Notes: a model not told the origin generated them from the letters alone. Positions 8,472 through 17,604 are shown, counted from the first letter of the stretch. The stretch is DNA of 21,099 nt from Candidatus Heimdallarchaeota archaeon (GCA_015523565.1 WAKA01000151.1:1-21099); one strand, 5' to 3'. Numbers and translations are program-made.

Positions 8472-8524
8472 TTCATTTTTCTGCAAAAACAGAGAGTTAA
8501 TAACTGATGAAACCGTTTAAAATA

Positions 8525-8590
8525 TGGCGATGAAGAAAAAACCCCAGAAGGAGCTTTTAGCAATGAATTCCACACGACAATTCTGAGCCA
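8525..8590 (+). ncRNA. Candidate box C/D guide sRNA
   Basis: Terminal stem TGGC/GCCA; box C ATGAAGA 8530-8536; 12-nt spacer; D' AGGA 8549-8552; hairpin GCT-TTT-AGC; C' ATGAATT 8563-8569; 13-nt spacer; box D CTGA 8583-8586. Both box pairs fit K-turn geometry. Confidence 0.68.
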
Positions 8591-8594
8591 ATTT

Positions 8595-9209
8595 TCAACC
8601 AACATATTTGATGGACATTAATTCCAAAATCTCACCTGCTGCTTTTATTAGAGCCATTATGACTTGAGCTCGTTTATGCATTCTAGAAAGTGCTTCGAAT
8701 TCTTTCCAATCATTTGAAGTTTTGAAGTAACCTGCCTCCACTTCCATTCCCTTTTCAACAACATTGTCTCGTAATTCTTCAATTCCACGAACTAGTTTCA
8801 ATGCGTCATCAAAACTTGTGTAAACAATTTTGATTGCTTCACCCAAGTTTTGGCTGGAAGTTTTTATTGCATCAGAAACAAATTTTATGTCTGCTGTAAA
8901 ATTACGTGGAAGGCTTTCATTGTATTCTTTGACAGTTCTTGCGGTTCGTGCGAATTCGTCCAAAATATCGTCAATCCGCCTCAGGAGTTTTGCACGGTCG
9001 AGGGCAAGATAGGGAACTGACTGTTGCGTCGCAAAATGCCTGTTAAGTTCATCACGCACCCTATCACCCTTTTCTTCCAAGTCAAGTACAAGCATGATTT
9101 TTTCCATATTAATTTCTGGACTGAAGATTATTTCGCTTATTAGTTTTCCCCCTTCAGAAATGAGATCTGCTAGTTCAAAGAATTTCTCTTTTTCTTCTTT
9201 TTTATTCAT
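8595..9209 (-). CDS. DUF47/PhoU-like phosphate transport regulator
   Basis: All-helical 204 aa with 'LEEKGDRVR' and 'RRIDDILD' motifs; immediately downstream of a PiT transporter, the usual DUF47 context. Confidence 0.85.
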   Translation of the reverse strand: MNKKEEKEKFFELADLISEGGKLISEIIFSPEINMEKIMLVLDLEEKGDRVRDELNRHFATQQSVPYLALDRAKLLRRIDDILDEFARTARTVKEYNESLPRNFTADIKFVSDAIKTSSQNLGEAIKIVYTSFDDALKLVRGIEELRDNVVEKGMEVEAGYFKTSNDWKEFEALSRMHKRAQVIMALIKAAGEILELMSIKYVG

Positions 9210-9221
9210 GATAAAGTCCTC

Positions 9222-10211
9222 CTAAATTATCAAAAGAGCAAGATGCCAGACAAAAAACGTAGTCGCAGCCGCTGCGAACGGCGTTCCAATTGCAGAGACA
9301 GCAATTTTGTATACGGTTCTCATATTGATTTTACTCTTGTTTGCCACTGCAACCCCCAAAAATGACGATACAAGCACATGAGTACCAGAAATCGGAATCC
9401 CAAGACTTGCGGAAGTCGTCGTGACCAAAGCAGTTGCAACCTGAACAGCCACGGCAGTTGTAGGGCTAAGCTCAACAATTTCATTTCCAAGGGTAACAAG
9501 TACCCTTCGACCGATTATGATAAGACCTATTGCCATAAAAGTGCCACCCAGTATCAATGGTAATCGAACAAATAGACTGTCTTCAGTTCCAGCAATGGAT
9601 TGAAAAAGTGGAATTAAAGGAGCAACTGAATTTGAAACATCGTTTGCCCCACGTGAAAATGCAGTAATGCAGACGGCTACAAGCAATCCATTGGCAAACA
9701 TCATCTCTATTCGATCCACATCATCTAACCCTTTGATGTATGCCTTTTTTAGTCGTAAAACAAGCTTCATTATAATAAAGGCGCCAATAAACCCTAACAC
9801 AGGAGAAATTATCCATGAGCTGACGATTTTTATTATCACATCCATTTTAAGCGCGTCACTTTTACCCAGAATTAAAGACATGGCAATTGTGCTTCCCACC
9901 ATAGTGTGGGTTGTTGAGAGGGGGAGTCCTTTTAATGACCCAAGAATAAGCAATAACCCTACAGACAGGAGAATGACAAGGATTTGGAGAGTGGTATATT
10001 CAGCATCCGTTAAATCTGACCCTACTGTTTTTGCAACTTTAAAACCTAGTGTGGATGCCCCAATAATTACAATAATTCCCCCCAATAGAACAGCTTGATT
10101 AACGCTAAGCCTTTTGGATCCGATTGCGGGAGCAAAAGTCTCATCATTGGCGCCAATAGCAATGGCAAGAAACATTGACAAGGAAGTCAGGATAAGAATA
10201 AAATTCTCCAT
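9222..10211 (-). CDS. pit: Inorganic phosphate transporter, PiT family
   Basis: Two signature repeats 'GANDE' and 'GANDVSN', plus 'PLSTTH' and 'PISGTH'; many TM helices. Confidence 0.95.
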   Translation of the reverse strand: MENFILILTSLSMFLAIAIGANDETFAPAIGSKRLSVNQAVLLGGIIVIIGASTLGFKVAKTVGSDLTDAEYTTLQILVILLSVGLLLILGSLKGLPLSTTHTMVGSTIAMSLILGKSDALKMDVIIKIVSSWIISPVLGFIGAFIIMKLVLRLKKAYIKGLDDVDRIEMMFANGLLVAVCITAFSRGANDVSNSVAPLIPLFQSIAGTEDSLFVRLPLILGGTFMAIGLIIIGRRVLVTLGNEIVELSPTTAVAVQVATALVTTTSASLGIPISGTHVLVSSFLGVAVANKSKINMRTVYKIAVSAIGTPFAAAATTFFVWHLALLII

Positions 10212-10238
10212 AAACTTTTTTTATTGTGTAGACAAGTG

Positions 10239-10254
10239 ATTTAAAACCTTTGTT
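10239..10254 (-). promoter_or_regulatory. BRE/TATA promoter of pit-DUF47
   Basis: Minus strand reads ACAAAGG-TTTTAAAT, ending about 27 nt before the pit ATG. Confidence 0.55.
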
Positions 10255-10346
10255 TAAAAAATTGGGATTTGTAAAAAATGAACAAAAAACAAAAAGAACA
10301 AAGAGAGACAATGTATTTTTGGTTGGTCAAAAAATCTTCACGCATC

Positions 10347-12419
10347 TTAGGCAAATGAATTCGAATTCAGATGTTCGTGCAGTTCCTTTTCTGAAGTGAT
10401 AGGGAGCGAACAGACAGAGCCTTCACAAATGAATATGGTTTCCTTGACATATTGTGTCCTTCCTTCAATTGCAGGCCATTTTGGCAAGGGAATTTTAGGG
10501 ACCCAACGGTAAACAAGGCGAATTGGAAGGTAATAACGTAAGCATTTGTCAATTAATGTACCTTCATTGATTTCGACGATTTCTTTATATTGATCGTCAT
10601 AATATGGTCTCGACAAGAAAAATTCCCCAAGAACAATTCCCATTTCGGGAGCTTTTGAGAGGATACGATCGATAATAAGAGCCCCTCTTTCAATGAGTTC
10701 AGGCATTAACATATATTTGCCTAATTTGTAAAGAACTTGAAGCATAACACTTACAGGAGATGGAATGGAAGTATCCGAAAAATCGATGGGGTTATCAAGA
10801 ATGTTTTCCTTTGACAGGAAATAATTTTTGGTCTTGAAATCATAAAACTTGTTGGCAAGTCTGGTGATTTTCAAAGCTTCTGTGACGTATTTGAAATTAC
10901 CAGTTGTTTCATATGCGTCTAGACAAGCCCTGGCAAGAAATGCATAGTCTTCTAAAATTCCTTCAATTTGGCGGGATGCATCAATTGGCACAATTCGGAG
11001 AACGGATGAGCTTGTAAGAGCATTGTCAAGGAGAAAATTTAAGGCAGTCAAAGCCATTTCCTTTGTTTCATCGTCCCCAAATGCCTGTGAAACTGTAAAC
11101 AGTGAAGAAATAAGGAGTGAATTCCATGAGGTTATTATTTTTGTATCAATATCAGGTTTAATCCTTTTTTCTCTTTCTTTAAGCATTATTTCCTTTGCAA
11201 TTGCAATCTCCCCATTAATTTTCTCTGCTGATAAACCTGTGTCCTTAACAAGTTCTTCAATTGTTTTGGTTACTGAAAGCACATTCATCCCATGTTCTTC
11301 AGGATGATGGGGGTCTGTAAAATTGCCCTCTTCCGTTATTCCAAAATAAGTTGAAATAATGGATGCCTGCATTGGCGTCAATTTTTGCTTATTTACAAGT
11401 TGGTCAATTTCATGTTTTTTCCAAACATAGTGTTTACCTTCCCTATGTTCTGATTCAGCATTCATACTTGCATAAAATGCGCCATTTTCATCCATCATAT
11501 CATCTTTCAACCAAGAGATAGTCTGGAAAACGCTTTGACGGATCTCATCATCATGATCCAATTGCCAAAGTTCAGAAGCTAGTTTAATAAGTTCTGCATT
11601 ATCGTAAAGCATTTTCTCAAAATGAGGCACTAGCCAATGTTCATCTACAGAATATCTGGCAAATCCGCCTTTAAGTTGATCATAAATTCCCCCTTTTCGC
11701 ATCTTGAGATAAGTGAACTTGACAAAATTGAAAATTTTCTTGTTGTGTGTTTTTATAGAATAATACAATAAAAATCGAAATAGGGAAACATGGGGAAATT
11801 TAGGATGGTGACCAATCCCCCCATTTTCCCAGTCAAACTTATTTGCAATTTGTTGCACAATAATAGGAAGTAAATCTTCATCCCATTGTCTTTCCCCATC
11901 TTGCAAAATATATTCATTGAGTTTTGTAATTCCAGTGCCTAGTGCTTTTGCTTGCTGGATAACAGTTTCGCGTTGTTCTTTCCATAATTGAGCGATTCTT
12001 TGTGAAACTTGAATAAATGAAGGAAGTCCATGTCTTGGCTTATTTGGGAAATACGTCCCCAAGTAAATGGGATCACCATTTGGGGTAAGCCAAACAGAAA
12101 GTGGCCAACCACCTCCCTTTTGATGCACAAGTTGATAAAGGTCTTGAAAAATTTTGTCTATTCCAGGGTGTTCCTCCCTGTCTATTTTGATGTTGATGAA
12201 ATTTCGGTTCATGAATTTGGCAACATCGGGATCTTCAAAGCTTTCTCTGGCCATGACATGGCACCAATGGCAAGAACTATACCCAATAGAAATAAAAATC
12301 GGCAAGTCTTTTTTTTGGGCAAGATCAAAAGGTTCTGAGCCATAAGGCCACCAATCAATTGGATTGTCCTTATGCTGGCGAAGATATAGGCTCGTTTCTC
12401 GGCTAAGGCGGTTTGCCAT
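10347..12419 (-). CDS. Thioredoxin-domain-containing YyaL/SPATA20 (DUF255) family protein
   Basis: 'NRLSRETSLYLRQHKDNPIDW', 'IGYSSCHWCHVMARESFED', 'IKIDREEHP', 'GGWPL', 'PHFEKMLYDNA'. Confidence 0.95.
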   Translation of the reverse strand: MANRLSRETSLYLRQHKDNPIDWWPYGSEPFDLAQKKDLPIFISIGYSSCHWCHVMARESFEDPDVAKFMNRNFINIKIDREEHPGIDKIFQDLYQLVHQKGGGWPLSVWLTPNGDPIYLGTYFPNKPRHGLPSFIQVSQRIAQLWKEQRETVIQQAKALGTGITKLNEYILQDGERQWDEDLLPIIVQQIANKFDWENGGIGHHPKFPHVSLFRFLLYYSIKTHNKKIFNFVKFTYLKMRKGGIYDQLKGGFARYSVDEHWLVPHFEKMLYDNAELIKLASELWQLDHDDEIRQSVFQTISWLKDDMMDENGAFYASMNAESEHREGKHYVWKKHEIDQLVNKQKLTPMQASIISTYFGITEEGNFTDPHHPEEHGMNVLSVTKTIEELVKDTGLSAEKINGEIAIAKEIMLKEREKRIKPDIDTKIITSWNSLLISSLFTVSQAFGDDETKEMALTALNFLLDNALTSSSVLRIVPIDASRQIEGILEDYAFLARACLDAYETTGNFKYVTEALKITRLANKFYDFKTKNYFLSKENILDNPIDFSDTSIPSPVSVMLQVLYKLGKYMLMPELIERGALIIDRILSKAPEMGIVLGEFFLSRPYYDDQYKEIVEINEGTLIDKCLRYYLPIRLVYRWVPKIPLPKWPAIEGRTQYVKETIFICEGSVCSLPITSEKELHEHLNSNSFA

Positions 12420-12577
12420 GAGATAAAAACAATAATATAGCTTTTAATCTTTTGACAATGGGGAAAGTCTAATAGAAGTCAATAAAACAAAAAACCCTAT
12501 TAAGAAATAATGCCAAATTTATGCCAAGTTGAATAGATTTTTAATATACATGTTTGTTGTTTATCAGGAAGAGGTAC

Positions 12578-12760
12578 ATGAATAAAGTGGATAAAGTAAA
12601 ACGACCAGATCATTATCAGTGTCTGAAATGTGCATCAAGATTTAATGATGCGTTATTGGAAAAGGAGATGATTGACGGATTTTATTATGTAATAGCAAAA
12701 TGCCCAAACTGTAAATCAAGTAAGTTAAAAATCTCTTGGTGGAAAAAAGAGCAAATCTAA
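12578..12760 (+). CDS. Small zinc-finger protein (60 aa, CxxC...CPxC)
   Basis: 'YQCLKCASRF' and 'AKCPNCKSSKL'; ATG 12578 follows SD-like GAGGT and TATA-like TTTTAATA at 12539-12546. Confidence 0.75.
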   Translation: MNKVDKVKRPDHYQCLKCASRFNDALLEKEMIDGFYYVIAKCPNCKSSKLKISWWKKEQI

Positions 12761-12813
12761 GGAGTACTTTTACAAAACGAAAACTTCATTAAAATAAAGT
12801 ATATGATTCTCAC

Positions 12814-13941
12814 ATGTTGGAATTGGAAAGAGATACGGGAGTGAAAAAAGCTACCGACATACTTACTGTTGAAGATTTTGATTCTGTGGAATTTTGGGTT
12901 GGCAATGCTTATCAGGCGGCGTATTATTATCAACACGCATTTGGTTTTCAACCAGTTGCTTGGGCAAGTTTGAAAACAGGAAACAGAAAGTTTGCATCTT
13001 ATGTCATGCAACAGGGGGATGCAAAAATAGTGTTGTCAGCGCCATATTCGCCTACCAGTGAAATGGCAGCACATCAAATGACACATGGGGATGGGGTCAA
13101 AGTAGTGGGATTAACTGTTAGAGACATAGAGGTGGCTTGGGAAAATGCTTTGGAAAGAGGGGCAAAAGGATTACAGGAACCAACAGAAATGAAGGATGAT
13201 TATGGTAGCGTAAGAGTTGCAACCATTGCCACTTATGGAGATGTGGTTCACAGATTTATTGAAAGAGACAACTATGATGGTTTGTTTCTTCCAGGATACC
13301 AAGAATATAAGGCACCTGTAGAAGTTCCTGAAAGAGGAGTCACACGCATTGACCATATTGTAGGTAATGTCAATTGGCACCAAATGGATCCCACAGTCCA
13401 GTTCTACCACAATGTATTTGGATTTGATACTTTTATTGAATTTACTGAAAATGATATCGCCACCCAATATTCTGCATTAAGATCCAAGGTAGTAAGAAAT
13501 TATAACAATAAGGTAAAAATGCCAATCAACGAACCTGCATTTGGCAAGAAGATGTCACAAATTGAAGAATACATCAATTATTATCATGGAGCAGGAGTAC
13601 AACACATTGCATTGAGTACAGACAATATTGTTGAAACTGTCAAATCAATGAGGGAACAAGGTGTTGAATTTATCCGCGTACCTCGAACCTATTATGACAA
13701 TTTAATTGAAAGAGTTGGGGAAATTGAGGAAGATGTCGAAGTTTTAGCTGAAAATGGGATATTAGTGGACAGAGATGATAAAGGATATTTGCTTCAACTG
13801 TTTACCCGCCCAATCCAAGATCGTCCCACATTTTTCTTTGAAATCATTCAAAGGAAAGGAAGCGAAGGATTTGGTAAAGGAAATTTCCAAGCATTATTCG
13901 AGGCAATTGAAAGAGAACAGGCAGAGCGGGGCAACCTATAA
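12814..13941 (+). CDS. hppD: 4-hydroxyphenylpyruvate dioxygenase
   Basis: Fe ligands in 'IDHIVGN', 'GVQHIAL' and 'FFFEIIQRKG'; C-terminal 'GFGKGNFQALFEAIEREQ'; 'HGDGVK'. Confidence 0.97.
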   Translation: MLELERDTGVKKATDILTVEDFDSVEFWVGNAYQAAYYYQHAFGFQPVAWASLKTGNRKFASYVMQQGDAKIVLSAPYSPTSEMAAHQMTHGDGVKVVGLTVRDIEVAWENALERGAKGLQEPTEMKDDYGSVRVATIATYGDVVHRFIERDNYDGLFLPGYQEYKAPVEVPERGVTRIDHIVGNVNWHQMDPTVQFYHNVFGFDTFIEFTENDIATQYSALRSKVVRNYNNKVKMPINEPAFGKKMSQIEEYINYYHGAGVQHIALSTDNIVETVKSMREQGVEFIRVPRTYYDNLIERVGEIEEDVEVLAENGILVDRDDKGYLLQLFTRPIQDRPTFFFEIIQRKGSEGFGKGNFQALFEAIEREQAERGNL

Positions 13942-14015
13942 TTTCTTCTTTTTTCTTAATTTCATTGGAAAAGATAAAAAAGTAAGCAGTCTGATTTGAT
14001 GATTAAGGTGATATA

Positions 14016-15389
14016 ATGCGCCGAATAAAATTAATAACACTACTTTTGGTATTTGGATTGTTTAGCAGTCAAATTCCAATGACTAATGCCGCAACTCTCG
14101 ACACTGCGTTGCTCGAGCCTATGTTGGTCATTGGAGGAACACAAGGATCAGGTCAAGCACAGTTTGATGAACCCGACAGCGTTTATGTGGATGCAAATGG
14201 GAATATCTATGCAGGGGATACAGTAAATCTAAGGGTTCAGGTTTTTGACAAAGATGGAAATTTCCTTAGGGAAATGACTGGATTTACACCAATTGAGGAT
14301 GCTGTAAACAATGAGGTACAAGGAATTGGGGAATTACCAAACGGCACCATTGTTGTAGTTGAAAAGGCAGGAAATCTGTATTTCTTTGACCATGATGGTA
14401 CAACACCGAATGCAAAAATACCCATGCCAGAAAAAGCGGCAGATGAAACAAATAGAGATACACAGGGATTGGCAGTAGATCCAGTCACAGGTTTTATTTA
14501 CATTACAGATCAGCCAAACAACAAAATCCTCTACTTTAGTCCCGATGGTGAATTTATTGGAGAAATTGAATTGCCACAATTCTCTACACCTGAAAACATG
14601 GTTGTCGATAATAGTAAGGGGATAATTTATGTTTCTTTGGAAGGTCAAAGACAAATTGCAGTATATGGACTTGAAAATGGAACACAAATAACCACATTTG
14701 GAAAAGAGTATGCAACAATGAATTATGAAGGATTGGCACTTGATCATATGGGCAACATCATTGCAGTTGATGAGGGTCCAGACACTAAATCAAGTTCTAA
14801 ATATTCAAGAATAATCATCTTCAATGGAACAACATATGAACCCATTGCCGCATTTGGAAGCACAGCAGGAACAAAGAAAGGTCAATTCATTTCACCTGAT
14901 GGAGTGGCATTTGACTATACAAACAAAAGGGTTGTTGTGGCAGACCAAGGAAATTATAGGATACAAGTGTTTGATTATAATAGCCCAGTTAAAATTAACC
15001 CTATTGATGATAAATCAATTCCAATCAACAAGGTAAATGAAGATAAGTTTGGATGGGTAATTGGCGGGGCATTGTTTGGAGGGACATATACCCTTAAAAT
15101 GAATGGAACAGAAGTTGAATCAGGCAGTTTCAAATATGGTCAATTTGTTGGTCCGGATTTGACAAAATTAGCTAAAGGAACATATGAATATGAGATAACA
15201 GCAGAGGACAAGGATGGAAATACAGCCACAGATAGCGCCGTTTTGAAGATTACGGAGGCAGTTGAAGAAACCTCTTCAAACACTTCCTCAGCTGGAGAGA
15301 AAAAGTCAGTACTTCCTGTGTTGCCTATTGTTTTCGCACTTGTTTTCATCCCATTCATTGAAATTATAAGAAGAAGAAAGTTGAATTAG
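14016..15389 (+). CDS. Secreted NHL-repeat beta-propeller surface protein with Ig-like domain and C-terminal membrane anchor
   Basis: Signal peptide 'MRRIKLITLLLVFGLFSS'; NHL blades 'FDEPDSVYVDANGNIYAGDTVNLRVQVFD' and 'FISPDGVAFD..VVVADQGNYRIQVFD'; 'GTYEYEITAEDKDGN' Ig-like strand; S/T-rich linker; TM followed by RRRK. Confidence 0.88.
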   Translation: MRRIKLITLLLVFGLFSSQIPMTNAATLDTALLEPMLVIGGTQGSGQAQFDEPDSVYVDANGNIYAGDTVNLRVQVFDKDGNFLREMTGFTPIEDAVNNEVQGIGELPNGTIVVVEKAGNLYFFDHDGTTPNAKIPMPEKAADETNRDTQGLAVDPVTGFIYITDQPNNKILYFSPDGEFIGEIELPQFSTPENMVVDNSKGIIYVSLEGQRQIAVYGLENGTQITTFGKEYATMNYEGLALDHMGNIIAVDEGPDTKSSSKYSRIIIFNGTTYEPIAAFGSTAGTKKGQFISPDGVAFDYTNKRVVVADQGNYRIQVFDYNSPVKINPIDDKSIPINKVNEDKFGWVIGGALFGGTYTLKMNGTEVESGSFKYGQFVGPDLTKLAKGTYEYEITAEDKDGNTATDSAVLKITEAVEETSSNTSSAGEKKSVLPVLPIVFALVFIPFIEIIRRRKLN

Positions 15390-15410
15390 TTACGGTTCAT
15401 CCTCTCCTAA

Positions 15411-15423
15411 GAAAACTTATTAC
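15411..15423 (+). promoter_or_regulatory. BRE/TATA promoter of hmgA
   Basis: GAAAA-CTTATTAC ends 21 nt before ATG 15445; a similar GAAAACTTCATTA lies before hppD. Confidence 0.5.
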
Positions 15424-15444
15424 TATTCTCATATTCAGTGATTC

Positions 15445-16590
15445 ATGGTTGACAAAAATAGAATTTTACCAGTATTTCCATTAGTCAAAGGAAAAACAGT
15501 CAAACAGGCTCATGCTGGATTTAAGGAAATTGATGGAATCCCAACCTATGAACATGAACATGGTCGCCAAGGATTTTTTGGAAAGGTATCCCATCTATAC
15601 CACAAGAATCCGCCGACAGATTTCATAAAAGTTGATGATGGACCATTTAAACCATACATGATTGACACTACAAAAGTGGAACCAACAGATAAGGATGATG
15701 CGTGGGGAAGCCCGTTAACTATCATGGAAAACAATGACTTGAAGATCAGGATATCAAAAAGAACGGAACCAATGCCATTTTATTACAAATCAACAGATTC
15801 AGATGACATCTGGTTTGTCCATAAAGGAAAAGGAGTAATGGAGACAATTTACGGACCGTTAACATTTGAAAGAGGGGACTATATTGTCATTCCAAGAGGA
15901 ACCATCTACCGTTTAGTTCCAGAAACCAATGACAATCACTTTTTGTTGATTGAAAGCACTGAAGAAGTCAATATACCAGACAGGGGGATGCTCGGTCCAA
16001 CAGCCTTATTTGACCCTGCAGTATTGGAAACACCTGAACCTCAACCTATTGATGATGACCGAGAATGGGTTGTTCGTTTTAAAAGACAGGGGACATATAC
16101 CCACTATACATTCCCACATAACCCAATAGATGTAATCGGATGGAAAGGAGATGTCACCCCTATCAAACTTTCAATCAGGGACTTTAGACCAGTCAATTCG
16201 CACAGATATCATTTACCCCCAAGTGTCCATACAACTTGGATTAGCCAAGGATTTGTGGTTTGCAGTTTTGTCCCAAGACCATATGAATCTTCTGAAGACG
16301 CCTTGAAAATACCATTCTTCCATTCAAATGTGGAATATGACGAGGTCATTTTTTACCATGAGGGTGATTTTATGAGCAGAGACAATGTTGGAGAAGGATT
16401 TGTTAGTTTTCACCCTGCAGGATTTACACATGGACCACACCCAAAGGCATTGAAACGAGCATTTAAGCAAGACAAACCCATGACTGATGAATATGCAGTC
16501 ATGATTGATTCGAGAAGACCATTGGAGGTTTCAAAAGAACTTGGGGAAGCACTAATGGAAGAATATTGGAAATCATGGCAAAGTGAATAA
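15445..16590 (+). CDS. hmgA: Homogentisate 1,2-dioxygenase
   Basis: Cupin motifs 'GDYIVIPRGTIYR', 'HPIDV'-like 'NPIDVIGWKG', 'HLPPSVH'; Fe ligands in 'PFFHSNVEYDEVIFYH' and 'FTHGPHP'; close to hppD. Confidence 0.94.
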   Translation: MVDKNRILPVFPLVKGKTVKQAHAGFKEIDGIPTYEHEHGRQGFFGKVSHLYHKNPPTDFIKVDDGPFKPYMIDTTKVEPTDKDDAWGSPLTIMENNDLKIRISKRTEPMPFYYKSTDSDDIWFVHKGKGVMETIYGPLTFERGDYIVIPRGTIYRLVPETNDNHFLLIESTEEVNIPDRGMLGPTALFDPAVLETPEPQPIDDDREWVVRFKRQGTYTHYTFPHNPIDVIGWKGDVTPIKLSIRDFRPVNSHRYHLPPSVHTTWISQGFVVCSFVPRPYESSEDALKIPFFHSNVEYDEVIFYHEGDFMSRDNVGEGFVSFHPAGFTHGPHPKALKRAFKQDKPMTDEYAVMIDSRRPLEVSKELGEALMEEYWKSWQSE

Positions 16591-16637
16591 GATTAACTTG
16601 AGCAAAGCATTTTAAACAATCAATCAATTCTTTCGAT

Positions 16638-17252
16638 GTGAATTTAGAGGAAGAGTTAAGGACAATAGAGTCAAAAATACATGATACCCCTAAAGAGCCC
16701 TTCATTGAGTTTATTGCTCCTCAAGATGCAGAAGACCCAACTTTGAAAAGAATGTATAAGCGAGTTTCCACTGCAAGGAAATCAGTAGCAAACATACATC
16801 AAAGCCAAAGTCTGATGCCTGCTGTAATTAAAAATCATCTTGATCTATACATGAGCATAATGTATAACAATGAGACGTCACTAGACCGTAGGCAAAGGGA
16901 ACTTATTGCAACAGTTGTCAGTTTTAGCAATGGATGCAAATACTGTATAACACACCATTACGAAGCCTTATTGGAACATTGGAAGGGAGCACCCCTGCCA
17001 AATGACATTGTATTCAAGAAAAATCAATTGAACCAATTGGATCAATGCCTTGTTGATTTTGCGATTAAACTTACGTTGAAGCCATATGAAATTAAAAAAG
17101 AGGATGTGGACAAGTTGAAAAAAAATGGGTTGGATGACAAATCAATATTGAATGTGGTTCTTGTCATTTCTTATTTCAATTTTGTAAACAGGCTTGCATT
17201 AGGTACAGGTTGCCCATTGGAACCAAAAGAAGAAAGGGATTACAATTATTGA
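16638..17252 (+). CDS. AhpD/CMD-like peroxidase-related protein
   Basis: 'RELIATVVSFSNGCKYCITHH' (E...CxxC..H motif) and 'YFNFVNRLA'. Confidence 0.9.
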   Translation: MNLEEELRTIESKIHDTPKEPFIEFIAPQDAEDPTLKRMYKRVSTARKSVANIHQSQSLMPAVIKNHLDLYMSIMYNNETSLDRRQRELIATVVSFSNGCKYCITHHYEALLEHWKGAPLPNDIVFKKNQLNQLDQCLVDFAIKLTLKPYEIKKEDVDKLKKNGLDDKSILNVVLVISYFNFVNRLALGTGCPLEPKEERDYNY

Positions 17253-17311
17253 AAAAATAGCCTGTCCTTCACAATATGCTTTTTATGGAATAAGTACAAT
17301 TTCACATTTGG

Positions 17312-17593
17312 ATGACTAGAGGAGATATCATCAATTATTTGAAGCAGCGACCTGCAACCATAGCAGATTTGGTTAAAGCATTTGACCGACCAGCAGGAGC
17401 AATTGAAGAAGACATTGCACATATCAGAACTTCGCTTAGACATGATCCTGAATGGGAATTGATGGTACAAAGACCACAGTGCGAATTTTGTGGGTTCATT
17501 TTTGATGCCTCCCATATCAAAACACCGACAAAGTGTCCAGAATGCGGAAAAGAAAAGATAAAGCCAGCTGTTTTTAAAATTGAGAAAAAATAA
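17312..17593 (+). CDS. Archaeal HTH + Zn-ribbon predicted transcriptional regulator (COG3357-like)
   Basis: 'IEEDIAHIRTSLR' HTH followed by 'PQCEFCGFIF' and 'PTKCPECGKEKI'. Confidence 0.88.
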   Translation: MTRGDIINYLKQRPATIADLVKAFDRPAGAIEEDIAHIRTSLRHDPEWELMVQRPQCEFCGFIFDASHIKTPTKCPECGKEKIKPAVFKIEKK

Positions 17594-17604
17594 GATGAAT
17601 AATT

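Noticed and set aside
8504-8540. CTGATGA...GAA resembling a hammerhead ribozyme core
   Set aside because: No GAAA directly after a closed stem II, and no stems I/III with a UH cleavage site.
8537-8548. D' guide could pair with CUGGGG of the 23S P-loop, placing +5 on the G2251-equivalent
   Set aside because: Only 6 bp pair with the conserved sequence as I recall it (next bases CGG face AAA). That is too short to assign without the organism's rRNA.
8351-8605. 84-aa minus-strand ORF in the track
   Set aside because: Antisense to the tRNA and the candidate C/D sRNA; no protein-like motifs.
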